Assembly (NCBI GenBank): GCA_964434035.1 | Contig: CAYSTX010000002.1 | Coordinates: forward strand, 1 to 49,953 | Source of the DNA: an uncultured Acetobacteraceae bacterium | Lineage (GTDB): Bacteria > Pseudomonadota > Alphaproteobacteria > Acetobacterales > Acetobacteraceae | Direction of reading: 5' to 3' | Length of the DNA: 49,953 nucleotides | Shown: piece by piece, positions 37,038 to 45,815 of the stretch | Position numbering within the stretch: position 1 is the first letter of the stretch | How the letters are laid out: every line of letters begins with the position of its first letter | Notes under the pieces: generated by a model | What the model was told of the DNA's origin: nothing | What the model saw: only the letters and a program-made list of their open reading frames with translations | The model's database searches: none | Made by a program: the position numbers and the translations under genes

Positions 37038-38303
37038 ATGCAGGCGGCGATGCGTGTGGCCGAACTTGTCAACGAGCAGCGGCAATGGGACCGGCTGATG
37101 GCGATGGCCGCTATCGGCGCGATCCCGGATGACGGCGTCAACCGCGCCTGTCTGACACCGCTCGACCGCACGGCGCGCCGTTTGTTGATCGGCTGGGCGG
37201 AGGCGTCCGGGGCGCACGTCACGGTCGACGAGGCCGCCAATCTCTGGCTGCGGGTGGACGGCGCCGACAAGTCCGCCGCGCCCGTCATCACCGGCAGCCA
37301 CATGGACACGCAGCCGAATGGCGGCCGGTTCGACGGCATCTATGGCGTTATCGCCGGGCTCGAAGTCCTGTCCGCTCTGAAGGATGCCGGCGTGACGCCG
37401 CCACGGCCGATCGAGGTCGTCGCGTGGACGAACGAGGAAGGCGGCCGCTTCGCCCCAGGTTGCATGGGCAGCATGGCGTGGAGCGGCTATCGCGCGCTGT
37501 CCGCGTTCGCCGACATCCGCGACCCCGACGGCGTGCGTTTTGCCGACGCGCTGGCCGAGCACCTGGCGGCGGAAGCCGACCTGCCGCGCCGGCCGCTCGG
37601 CGTCGCGCCCGGCGCACCCCGGCCGCACGCGTATCTTGAAGCGCATATCGAGCAAGGGCCGCTGCTGGAGGCCGCGCATGAGGACATCGGCGCGGTGACG
37701 GGCATTCAGGGTTGCCGCTGGTTCACCGTGACCCTCACCGGCCGCACCGCGCACGCCGGCACCACCCCGCTCGCCCGCCGCGCCGACGCGGTGCAGGACA
37801 TGGTTCGCGCGATCACGGCGCTCAACGCGCTGATGACCGACCCCGATGACGTGTTGCGGTTCACGGTCGGGCGCATCGTCGTCGCACCGAACACGTCGAA
37901 CTCGGTCGCCGACCGCGCGCAATTCACGATCGACTTCCGCCACCCGGACGCCGGCGTGCTCGGCGCGCGCGGCGACTTAATTGCCGCGACCGTTCGACAT
38001 GCGGTGCGCGACGCGGGCGTCACGGTCGAGGAGACGTTCCGTGCCGAACCAGTCCGATTCGCGCCCGACGTCATCCGCGCCGTCGAGTCGGCGTCGGAGG
38101 CGCTCGGTCTAACCTGTCGCGCGATGCCGTCGGGGGCGTTTCACGACGCGCAATTCATGGTGCCGATCGCGCCCTCTGGGATGCTGTTCGTGCCTTGCCG
38201 CGACGGCGTTAGTCACAATCCAGCCGAGTATTCGACGCCATCGGCGCTGGGGGCGGGCAGCCGTGCGCTCGCCCACGCCCTCGTATCGCTCGCGACAGGG
38301 TGA
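37038..38303 (+). CDS. M20-family Zn amidohydrolase (allantoate / N-carbamoyl-amino-acid amidohydrolase type)
   Basis: ITGSHMDTQPNGGRFDG...WTNEEGGRF...AHIEQGP. Start at ATG 37038. Confidence 0.85.
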   Translation: MQAAMRVAELVNEQRQWDRLMAMAAIGAIPDDGVNRACLTPLDRTARRLLIGWAEASGAHVTVDEAANLWLRVDGADKSAAPVITGSHMDTQPNGGRFDGIYGVIAGLEVLSALKDAGVTPPRPIEVVAWTNEEGGRFAPGCMGSMAWSGYRALSAFADIRDPDGVRFADALAEHLAAEADLPRRPLGVAPGAPRPHAYLEAHIEQGPLLEAAHEDIGAVTGIQGCRWFTVTLTGRTAHAGTTPLARRADAVQDMVRAITALNALMTDPDDVLRFTVGRIVVAPNTSNSVADRAQFTIDFRHPDAGVLGARGDLIAATVRHAVRDAGVTVEETFRAEPVRFAPDVIRAVESASEALGLTCRAMPSGAFHDAQFMVPIAPSGMLFVPCRDGVSHNPAEYSTPSALGAGSRALAHALVSLATG

Positions 38304-38332
38304 CCTTTTGCAGCTCTACTTGCCGTGGTCCC

Positions 38333-38393
38333 GCCACAATCGGGTCCCAGGTATTGTGGCTGATAACGGAGGCGCGGAGCGTCCGCGACCTCC
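38333..38393 (+). other. Two consecutive stable hairpins between the amidohydrolase gene and the repeat-protein gene (terminator or leader structure)
   Basis: GCCACAAT (38333-40) pairs with ATTGTGGC (38353-60). GGAGGCGCGGA pairs with TCCGCGACCTCC (38368-93) with one bulge. No U-tract follows. Confidence 0.3.
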
Positions 38394-38415
38394 ATCAAAC
38401 AGTGTGAGGATTACG

Positions 38416-38754
38416 ATGGTCAGCAAGACGGCGACCCGGCTTCTAATCGCGGTTCCACTCGCGGCGGGTCTGCTCGCGGCTGGCGCGCCGAAGGCCGAGG
38501 CCGAGTGGCATGGTGGCGGCTGGCATGGTGGCGGCTGGCATGGCGGCGGCTGGCACGAACACCACGGCGGCTGGGGCTGGGGTCCTGGCGCGGTAGTCGC
38601 CGGCACGGTGCTCGGCCTTGGCGTGGGCGCTGCACTCGCCGGCGCTTATGCGCCGCCGCCGCCCGTCTATTACGCGCCGCCGCCGGTGGTCTATGCACCG
38701 CCGCCGACCGTGTACTACGCGCCGCCGCCGGCTTATTACTACCCGCGCTACTAA
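38416..38754 (+). CDS. Small secreted/membrane repeat protein: (WHGGG)x3, a Gly-zipper hydrophobic segment and YAPPP repeats
   Basis: Signal peptide MVSKTATRLLIAVPLAAGLLAAGAPKAEA, then EWHGGGWHGGGWHGGGWHEHHGGWGWGPG, AVVAGTVLGLGVGAALAG, and APPPPVYYAPPPVVYAPPPTVYYAPPPAYYYPRY. Confidence 0.6.
   Translation: MVSKTATRLLIAVPLAAGLLAAGAPKAEAEWHGGGWHGGGWHGGGWHEHHGGWGWGPGAVVAGTVLGLGVGAALAGAYAPPPPVYYAPPPVVYAPPPTVYYAPPPAYYYPRY
38506..38550 (+). repeat. 15-bp tandem repeat x3 (TGGCATGGTGGCGGC) encoding WHGGG units
   Basis: Two identical copies and one copy with a single synonymous change, read directly from the sequence. Confidence 0.9.
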
Positions 38755-38764
38755 CCCGCCCGCG

Positions 38765-39823
38765 TTACAGCGCGCCTGACCAGCTCTGCACCAACAGGCT
38801 GGTCAGCGCGACAATGGCCCAGGTTCCGCACCCAAGCAGAAGCGGACGTGGCCCCGCACCGGCAAACGCACGCCAGTGCCCCTGCAGCCCAACCGCCGCG
38901 AGCGCGACAACCATCACGAACCGAGCAAGCGTCTGCACCGGCGCCGCGTAGGGGCCGATCAGCCCAATCGTGTTGATGAGCGAGGCGACCAGAAAGAGCC
39001 CGATGAAGCTCGGCAGCGCCCGGCGCAGCCGTGTGCCCAATGACCCGGTCGGCGCATCGGCCGTCTTGTCGATGAATGGCATGAGCAGGCCGAGCACTAG
39101 CACCATCGGCACGATAAACGTCGTGCGGGTAAGCTTCACGACTGTCGCAAACGTCCCAGCTGCGTGGCTGTAGGCGAAGCCCGCGGCGACCACGGCCGAC
39201 GTGTCATTGACCGCCGTGCCGGCCCATTCGCCGAACCCTTGATCGCTCAGGCCCATGAGGTGTCCGGCGGCCGGAAAGAGGAACACGGCCAGCATGTTGA
39301 AGAAGAAGATGACCGAGATGGAATAGGCGATCTCGTCCGTCTTCGCGCGCACGACAGGCGCCACGGCGGCGATGGCGGACGCGCCGCAGATCGTCGTCCC
39401 CGCGCCGATCAGCAGCCGCATCCGCCAATCGATCCCGAGCGCGCGCCCGACGAGCAGCGCGAACGCGAACCCGGCCGTGAGCGTCGACAGCAGCAGCGCA
39501 AGCGAGCCGACGCCGACCCGCTCCACGTCATGCAGATTGAGCGTCGCGCCGAGCAGTACGATGCCGGTCTTGAGCGCGAGGCCGCTCACCTCCCTCGTCC
39601 GCAGCCGCCGGCCGAGCGCCGGTCCGCCGGCCATGTTGGCGATAAGCACGCCGATGGCGATCGCGAAGATCGGCGCACCAACCGTCGGCATCTCGGCCCC
39701 GAGTAGCCAGGCGGCGACCGCGATCGCAAGCGCGGCGCCGAACCCGGGTGCGAGATCGAGAAGCGGGGTCGCCCGCGCGGGCGTGGCTGCGGCTGGGCGG
39801 GCGGGCGACGTCGGTGCATCCAT
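38765..39823 (-). CDS. YeiH/UPF0324-family membrane protein (putative sulfate exporter family)
   Basis: Multi-TM protein with a GIVLLGATLNL..-type pattern. Start placed at MDAPTS (39823) to avoid overlap with the divergent gene. Confidence 0.75.
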   Translation of the reverse strand: MDAPTSPARPAAATPARATPLLDLAPGFGAALAIAVAAWLLGAEMPTVGAPIFAIAIGVLIANMAGGPALGRRLRTREVSGLALKTGIVLLGATLNLHDVERVGVGSLALLLSTLTAGFAFALLVGRALGIDWRMRLLIGAGTTICGASAIAAVAPVVRAKTDEIAYSISVIFFFNMLAVFLFPAAGHLMGLSDQGFGEWAGTAVNDTSAVVAAGFAYSHAAGTFATVVKLTRTTFIVPMVLVLGLLMPFIDKTADAPTGSLGTRLRRALPSFIGLFLVASLINTIGLIGPYAAPVQTLARFVMVVALAAVGLQGHWRAFAGAGPRPLLLGCGTWAIVALTSLLVQSWSGAL

Positions 39824-39897
39824 AGAAGCCAATATGCGGCGCACCCGCGGCACAGTCGAGATGACGAGCGCCTGCCCCACGACAGGCGCGGAACGGC

Positions 39898-40719
39898 GTG
39901 GCACGATCGGGGGAACGAAAACCAAACGTCAGCGCCGCGATCCCCGGCTGGACACCGCCCTTGCCGCCACCCGAAACGACGAAGCCCCTCTCCCCGGCCG
40001 CCGCTGAGGCCGACAGCGCCGCCGCGATCAGCGCCCCGCTCCGGCGGCTCGGCCTGCTTGGCCGGATCGTCGCCGCCCGGCCGCGCCTGTTTATCGGCGC
40101 CCTGGTCGGCATCGTCATGCTGTTCGTACTGCCGCGTAGCTGGGCCTCCCACACGCGCGGCATCGCCGCATGGGATTGCGGCGTCTTTGTCTATGTCGCG
40201 CTGTCGCTCAGCCTGTTTCTCAGCGACACGCCAAGCGAGCAGATGGCCGCCGCCGCCGAGGCGCAGGAGGAGGGCGAGTGGACCATTTTCGCGATCACCG
40301 TCTGCGTCCTCCTCGCAAGCATCGCCGCGATGGCCGTGCTGTTCAGTGGCCTCAAGGACGTGGCCGCCGAGATCCGCTCCGCGCATGTGGTGCTCGGCGC
40401 CGCAACCCTGTTGCTCTCATGGATGATGGCGCACACGACCTTCGCGTTCCGCTATGCACACGAATTCTACGAAAGAGATGAGACCAGCACGCGCGAGGAC
40501 GGCTGCGCGGGCGGGCTCGAGTTTCCGCACGAGCCGCACCCGCTCTATGCGGACTTCATGTATTTCTCGCTCGTCCTCGGCATGACGTTTCAGGTGTCGG
40601 ACGTGCAAATCACCTCGCGCAAGTTCCGCAAGCTCGCTGCGCTGCACGGGCTGATCTCGTTCCTGTTCAATGCGTCGATTATCGCGATGACCGTCAACAT
40701 CGCGGCCGGGCTGGTGTGA
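39898..40719 (+). CDS. DUF1345-family membrane protein
   Basis: LLSWMMAHTTFAFRYAHEFY...GLEFP...PLYADFMYFSLVLGMTFQVSDV. The GTG start is uncertain. Confidence 0.65.
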   Translation: MARSGERKPNVSAAIPGWTPPLPPPETTKPLSPAAAEADSAAAISAPLRRLGLLGRIVAARPRLFIGALVGIVMLFVLPRSWASHTRGIAAWDCGVFVYVALSLSLFLSDTPSEQMAAAAEAQEEGEWTIFAITVCVLLASIAAMAVLFSGLKDVAAEIRSAHVVLGAATLLLSWMMAHTTFAFRYAHEFYERDETSTREDGCAGGLEFPHEPHPLYADFMYFSLVLGMTFQVSDVQITSRKFRKLAALHGLISFLFNASIIAMTVNIAAGLV

Positions 40720-40724
40720 TGCGT

Positions 40725-40922
40725 TCAGCGGCCGGATACTACCGCGGAGCAATCTCGCCGCCCGGCCATCAGGCAGTCCTCGACTGCCGCCTTGTGATGC
40801 AGCATGTGCACGAGGAACAGCCCGAGCACGAGCACCAGCAGCGCCGCCGCAAGCCCGGCGAGCGCGGTCGACTGACGGTCGTCACCCTCGGGGTCGGGAC
40901 GCTGTCCCCTGTTCGCGCTCAT
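40725..40922 (-). CDS. Small single-TM protein with a C-terminal Cys pair (65 aa)
   Basis: MSANRGQRPDPEGDDRQSTALAGLAAALLVLVLGLFLVHMLHHKAAVEDCLMAGRRDCSAVVSGR. It has strong G/C third-position bias. The DCxxxGRxxC tail recalls small conserved alphaproteobacterial proteins. Confidence 0.45.
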   Translation of the reverse strand: MSANRGQRPDPEGDDRQSTALAGLAAALLVLVLGLFLVHMLHHKAAVEDCLMAGRRDCSAVVSGR

Positions 40923-40948
40923 CGCTCGCCGCCTCTCAGGCCCGCTAT

Positions 40949-42409
40949 ATGGCAACGCGCGGCGATCCGCACGAGTGGTTTGCGCGCGTGATCCTGCTGC
41001 TGTCGGCCGCGCCACTGCTGGTGCTCGTCGGGCTGCTGGCAAGCGGGCGGGTCGGGCCGTCCGTCGCGGTTCTGGCGGCCATCGCGGCGACGGTCCCTGC
41101 GTTCCTTGGCGTGCTGCCGGAAGGCGCCGGTATCGCGCCCACGATCCTGGTCCGCGTCGTTGAAGCCGCGTGGCTCGCGTTTACGCCGGTCGGAATCGTC
41201 GTCGGCGGCCTGCTGTTTCATGCCGCCGTCGCGCGCGAGGAAACGGCCATCCGAGACGAAGCCAGCACGCGTGATCCGGGCCGGTTATTGACGATTGTTT
41301 TCTTCCTCGGCCCGTTCCTCGAAAGCGTCACCGGCTTTGGCGTGGGCGTCGTCTTCGCGGCGAGCGCGCTGCGGCGCGCGGGTTTCGCGGCCGCGCCGCT
41401 CGCCGCCTTCGCGCTGTTCGCGCTGATGATTATCCCCTGGGGCGGGCTCGGTCCCGGCACGGCCCTCGGCGCGGCGCTGGCCGGGGTCGACCCGCAGGCC
41501 GTCGGGATCGCCAACTCATTCCTGTCGGCGCTGTTCCTGCTCGCGATGGTTCCGGTCTTCTGGCGCGTTGCCGCGGCGTCCGGCCAACCGGTGCCGGCGG
41601 CGGCAAGGCCGGGGCAACTCGGCGCAGTCGCCTGCATCGGCCTGCTGCTGATCGCGGCGAACCGTCTGCTGCCGTGGGAGGTCGCCGGAATCGTCGCGAC
41701 CGGGCCGCTGCTTGGCTGGCGGCTCTGGCAAGCCGATCCGCCACGGCGGCCCGAGGATCGCCGCCGCGCGCTCGCCGCCGCCCTACCCTATCTTGTGCTG
41801 ACATCCGTCCTGCTCGGGCTGCGCCTGGCGCGGTTCCTGCCCGCCGTCGCGCCGTTCCCCGGCCTGCCCGCGATTGGGCTCGGCAGCCCGATGATGGCGC
41901 TCGGCGGCGTCGCGGTCCTGTTTCTGCTACGCCGGCATGATGGCGGCCGGGTCGCGGTGGGCGCACTCCGGCGTGCCCGCCGTCCGGTGCTGGTGATCTT
42001 CCTCTACGTCGTGTTCTCGCGCCTCCTGATCGGCGCCGGCATCCCCGGCCGCCTCGCGGAGGCGCTCGCCGCCGCGTTCGGCTCGTTCGCTCCTTACGCC
42101 TCGCCGCTACTCGCCGCCGCGTCTGGCTTCGTCATCGGCACCAATGTGGGTGCCAACAGCACCATGATGCCGCTGCAGGCGATGCTCGGCCGGATCGCCG
42201 GCTTCCCGCCCGTGCTGCTGCCAGCCATTCAGAATTTTTCGACATCGGCCTGCATGGTCATGGCACCGCAGAACGTGGCACTGGCACTGGCGGTCGGCGC
42301 GGACGGAAGCGGCGGCGCTTCACGGCCGGCCGCCGTCTGGCGGCTATTGTGGCCGATCGCGCCAATTGCGGTCGCGATCGGCCTCATCGGCATTATCGTC
42401 GGCCAATGA
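40949..42409 (+). CDS. L-lactate permease (LctP) family transporter, short form
   Basis: FFLGPFLESVTGFGVGVVFAASAL... and ...GTNVGANSTMMPLQA... align by eye with E. coli LldP FLEGAAGFGAPVAI and GSDTSSNALFAALQA. Confidence 0.75.
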   Translation: MATRGDPHEWFARVILLLSAAPLLVLVGLLASGRVGPSVAVLAAIAATVPAFLGVLPEGAGIAPTILVRVVEAAWLAFTPVGIVVGGLLFHAAVAREETAIRDEASTRDPGRLLTIVFFLGPFLESVTGFGVGVVFAASALRRAGFAAAPLAAFALFALMIIPWGGLGPGTALGAALAGVDPQAVGIANSFLSALFLLAMVPVFWRVAAASGQPVPAAARPGQLGAVACIGLLLIAANRLLPWEVAGIVATGPLLGWRLWQADPPRRPEDRRRALAAALPYLVLTSVLLGLRLARFLPAVAPFPGLPAIGLGSPMMALGGVAVLFLLRRHDGGRVAVGALRRARRPVLVIFLYVVFSRLLIGAGIPGRLAEALAAAFGSFAPYASPLLAAASGFVIGTNVGANSTMMPLQAMLGRIAGFPPVLLPAIQNFSTSACMVMAPQNVALALAVGADGSGGASRPAAVWRLLWPIAPIAVAIGLIGIIVGQ

Positions 42410-43032
42410 GCCGCGCCGCCCGCCTGCATCTCGGACGTGATCCCGCTTTCGCCACGCTGATCGGCCAGATCGGTCCCTGCACGCTGCGGATCGACCGCAC
42501 GCGCTCCCCGTACGAGGCGCTGGTCCGCGCCGTGGCGCATCAGCAGCTCCACGCACGCGCCGCCGCCGCGATGCTCGCCCGCCTGTCCGCGCTCTGCGCC
42601 GTGGGCGATATTCCGGCACCGGAACTTCTGCTGTCCGTTGGCGACACCCCGCTCCGCGCCTGCGGGTTCTCCGCGACAAAGATCGCCGCACTCCGCGACA
42701 TCGCCGCCCGCACGATCGACGGCACCGTTCCGACGCGCCGGACCGCGATGCGTCTCTCGGACGCAGCGCTGATTAAGCGGCTGACTATCATTCGCGGCGT
42801 CGGGCGATGGACGGTCGAGATGATCCTGATCTCGACGCTCGGCCGGCCCGACGTGCTGCCGGTCGATGATTTCGGCGTGCGGGAAGGCTACCGGCTGATG
42901 CACGCGCTCGACAAACAACCGAGCCCGCGCGCGATGAGCGCAATCGGCGAAGCGTGGTCGCCGCACCGCAGCATCGCCGCGTGGTATCTGTGGCGCTACG
43001 TCGATGCCGTGCGGGCGGCGGCGCAGGCGTAG
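42406..43032 (+). CDS. alkA: DNA-3-methyladenine glycosylase II (HhH-GPD family)
   Basis: LTIIRGVGRWTVEMILI (HhH) and LPVDDFGVREG (catalytic Asp). ATGA overlap with the permease stop. Confidence 0.85.
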   Translation: MSRAARLHLGRDPAFATLIGQIGPCTLRIDRTRSPYEALVRAVAHQQLHARAAAAMLARLSALCAVGDIPAPELLLSVGDTPLRACGFSATKIAALRDIAARTIDGTVPTRRTAMRLSDAALIKRLTIIRGVGRWTVEMILISTLGRPDVLPVDDFGVREGYRLMHALDKQPSPRAMSAIGEAWSPHRSIAAWYLWRYVDAVRAAAQA

Positions 43033-43047
43033 TCATCCGAAACGCCA

Positions 43048-43377
43048 TCAACGCTCCGTCGGCCGTCGCGCACCCTTCCCGGTCCCCATCGCCCGGCTCT
43101 CGCGCTTGAACGGACGGCTGACGGGGCAGACTTCCTGCACGAAGCCGTTCAGCGTGTTGACGATGTTCTCGGGTACCTGCCGATAGAACACGTACTGGCC
43201 GCGCTTCTCGCTCGTCACCAGTCCCGCCGCCTCCAGGATCGACAGATGCTGCGAAATCGACGGCTTCGACATGCTGAACCGCGACGCGATCTCGCCGGCG
43301 CTGAGTTCGGCATGCGCGAGGTAAGCGAGGATCTTGCGCCGGACCGAGGACGACAGTGCTTCGAAAACGGGTTGCAT
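43048..43377 (-). CDS. ArsR/SmtB-family transcriptional regulator
   Basis: RRKILAYLAHAELSAGEIASRFSMSKPSISQHLSILEAAGLV is a winged HTH. Confidence 0.85.
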   Translation of the reverse strand: MQPVFEALSSSVRRKILAYLAHAELSAGEIASRFSMSKPSISQHLSILEAAGLVTSEKRGQYVFYRQVPENIVNTLNGFVQEVCPVSRPFKRESRAMGTGKGARRPTER

Positions 43378-43387
43378 GTGTGCGCGT

Positions 43388-43442
43388 CATCCTATTGCCC
43401 GCCATCCTACTGCCCATCAGGTGATTAGGCGATCACCTAATC
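43388..43442. promoter_or_regulatory. Candidate operator region: 13-bp direct repeat pair followed by two interleaved 7-bp inverted repeats
   Basis: CATCCTATTGCCC (43388-400) and CATCCTACTGCCC (43403-415) form the direct repeat. AGGTGAT (43419-25) pairs with ATCACCT (43432-38), and GATTAGG (43423-29) pairs with CCTAATC (43436-42). It lies between the arsR-like and desaturase-like genes. Confidence 0.35.
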
Positions 43443-43507
43443 GTTGACAACGCGCTGGTTGCGTAGTTCGCTAATTGCCTAAATCGGCAAGTTCCGGAAC
43501 CCGCGTC

Positions 43508-44410
43508 ATGGAATGCTCATCGACACCACGCATGATCGCTGCGCCCGAGACGTCGGCGCTCGACGGGCACGTCGTCTGGTCACCGGCGCGCTCCCTCTGG
43601 ACCGGCGGCATGACCGTGGTGGCGCTCGCATTCGCGCCCCTCGCCGTCACGCCGGGTGCGGTGCTGCTGTTCCTTGCGACCAGCGCACTCACGCTCTGCG
43701 CCGGACACTCGATCGGGCTCCATCGGCTGCTGATCCACCGGAGCTTTTCGGCGCCGCTCTGGGTCGAACGCGTCCTCGTCTATCTCGGCACGCTGGTCGG
43801 CATGGCGGGACCACTCGGGATGGTGCGGCTGCATGACACGCGTGACTGGGCGCAGCGGCAAGCCGCATGTCACGACTTCCACGCGCATCGCGCGCACCCG
43901 ATCCGCGACGTGTGGTGGCAGATGCACTGCCGGCTTGCGCTCACGCACCCGCCGAGTTTCGTGCCGGAGGAGCGGCTTCGGCACGATAGCTTCCTGCGCT
44001 GGCTCGAAGCGACCTGGATGGCTCAGCAGATCCCGCTCGCGCTGGCCTTCTTTGCCATCGGCGGTCTGCCGTGGCTGGTCTGGGGCGTTCCCGTGCGGAT
44101 CGCGGTCAGCCTAACCGGGCACTGGCTGGTCGGGCATGAGACCCACCGGCGCGGACCGCAGGGTTGGGTCGTCGACGGCGTCGCGGTGCAGGGACACGAC
44201 TTGCCGGCGGCCGCCTTCATCACGTTCGGCGAGGCCTGGCACGGCAATCACCATGCGTGGCCCGAGTCCGCCCGACTCGGCATCGCGCCGGGACAGCACG
44301 ATCCGGGCTGGTGGACGTTGCTGGCGCTGCGGCGGCTCGGCCTTGTCTCCGGCCTGAAACAGCCATCCGATTTGCAGGCGCGGCCGGGCCTTCGTCGCGT
44401 CGAGGCCTGA
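43508..44410 (+). CDS. Membrane fatty-acid (acyl-CoA/acyl-lipid delta-9-like) desaturase family protein with a divergent second His box
   Basis: GHSIGLHRLLIHRSF is box 1. FGEAWHGNHHAWPESARLG is box 3, resembling GEGWHNNHHAFPxSAR. The middle box is atypical (HDTRDW...HDFHAHRAH). Confidence 0.7.
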   Translation: MECSSTPRMIAAPETSALDGHVVWSPARSLWTGGMTVVALAFAPLAVTPGAVLLFLATSALTLCAGHSIGLHRLLIHRSFSAPLWVERVLVYLGTLVGMAGPLGMVRLHDTRDWAQRQAACHDFHAHRAHPIRDVWWQMHCRLALTHPPSFVPEERLRHDSFLRWLEATWMAQQIPLALAFFAIGGLPWLVWGVPVRIAVSLTGHWLVGHETHRRGPQGWVVDGVAVQGHDLPAAAFITFGEAWHGNHHAWPESARLGIAPGQHDPGWWTLLALRRLGLVSGLKQPSDLQARPGLRRVEA

Positions 44411-44463
44411 GGACCGACGCCGTCCCCAAAGCCGTATCGAGCAGCTTCACCGATCAAACTCAT

Positions 44464-44479
44464 CGGCAAATTTGGCAAA
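44464..44479 (+). promoter_or_regulatory. Shared 16-nt motif CGGCAAAWTTGGCAAA, copy 2 (82 nt upstream of sorA)
   Basis: CGGCAAATTTGGCAAA, 15/16 identical to 27525-27540, on the same strand and in the same position class. Confidence 0.3.
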
Positions 44480-44560
44480 ACCTCCCCGTCGGCCAGTGCT
44501 ACATTCCGCCCAGCTACGGGAAAACGCCGCCGGCGAAGCGGCACAAAGGATGGCATCACC

Positions 44561-45793
44561 ATGCACGATGACGGGCCGGGTCTTTTGCCGCTGAACCGGA
44601 GGCGGATGCTGGGCGGCCTCGCCGCTTTCGCCGCCGCCGCGCCACACCTCGCGCACGCGGCGGATACCGTGTCGCTCGGCCTGCCGGGCGGGCCGGATCA
44701 GCGGCAGATCACGACCGAGTTTCCGCAAAAGGGCCGGATGATCCTGCAGCGTACCCGCCCGCCGCTGCTCGAGACGCCGTTCGCCGTGTTCGACAAAGGT
44801 GTTTTCACGCCGAACGATTCGTTCTTCGTCCGCTGGCACTGGGCGGTGATCCCGACGAGCGTTGACGTCACGTCCTTCCGGCTTGCCGTGCGCGGGCAGG
44901 TCAACCAAACCCTCTCCCTGACGCTCGCCGACATCCTTGCGATGCCGCGGTTCGAAATCGCGGCCATCAACCAGTGTTCCGGCAACTCGCGCGGCTTCTT
45001 CCAGCCACGTGTCCCCGGCGGGGAATGGGGCAACGGCGCGATGGGCAACGCGAAGTGGACCGGCGTGCGGCTGCGGGACGTGCTCGACCGGGCGGGCGTC
45101 AAAGCCGGCGCGACGGGTGTCCGCTTCAACGGTCTCGATGAGCCCGTTATTCCGTCAGCGCCCGATTACATGAAGTCGCTCGACATCGATCACGCGCGCA
45201 ATGGCGAGGTCATGATCGCCTATCAGATGAACGGCGCACAATTGCCGTTGCTGAACGGCTTTCCGATCCGCCTCATCGTGCCCGGTTGGTATTCGACCTA
45301 CTGGGTCAAGATGCTGAACGACATCGAGGTGCTCAATGCGCCCGACGACAATTACTGGATGGCAACGGCCTACCGCATACCCGATACGCCGGGCGGCAAC
45401 GTCAAACCGGGCCAGACCGGGTTCAAGACCGTGCCAATCAATCGCATGGTGCCGCGCTCGTTCATCACCAATCACGCAAACGGCGACCATGTTCCGCACG
45501 GCCAGCCGGTTCTGCTACGCGGCATCGCGTTCGGCGGCGACAGCGGCGTGAAGTCGGTGGATGTTTCGGCCGACGACGGACACAATTGGCGGCCGGCGGA
45601 GCTTGGGCGCGACGAGGGCAAATACGGCTTCCGCCGCTGGACCGCGCACGTCACCCCGCCGCGTTCGGGCACGCTCACGGTGATGGTCCGCTGCACCAAC
45701 ACCAATGGGCTCGTCCAACCGGCGGAGCCGGTCTGGAACAGCTCCGGTTTCATGCAAAACGTTATTCAGAGCACGCAGCTGACGGTCGCCTGA
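44561..45793 (+). CDS. sorA: Sulfite dehydrogenase molybdopterin subunit (SorA / sulfite oxidase family)
   Basis: Tat-type signal LNRRRMLGGLAAFAAAAPHLAHA. INQCSGNSRGFF contains the Mo-ligand Cys. A C-terminal dimerisation domain is present. Confidence 0.85.
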   Translation: MHDDGPGLLPLNRRRMLGGLAAFAAAAPHLAHAADTVSLGLPGGPDQRQITTEFPQKGRMILQRTRPPLLETPFAVFDKGVFTPNDSFFVRWHWAVIPTSVDVTSFRLAVRGQVNQTLSLTLADILAMPRFEIAAINQCSGNSRGFFQPRVPGGEWGNGAMGNAKWTGVRLRDVLDRAGVKAGATGVRFNGLDEPVIPSAPDYMKSLDIDHARNGEVMIAYQMNGAQLPLLNGFPIRLIVPGWYSTYWVKMLNDIEVLNAPDDNYWMATAYRIPDTPGGNVKPGQTGFKTVPINRMVPRSFITNHANGDHVPHGQPVLLRGIAFGGDSGVKSVDVSADDGHNWRPAELGRDEGKYGFRRWTAHVTPPRSGTLTVMVRCTNTNGLVQPAEPVWNSSGFMQNVIQSTQLTVA

Positions 45794-45815
45794 AGCGCAA
45801 ACGAAAGGAACTCCC

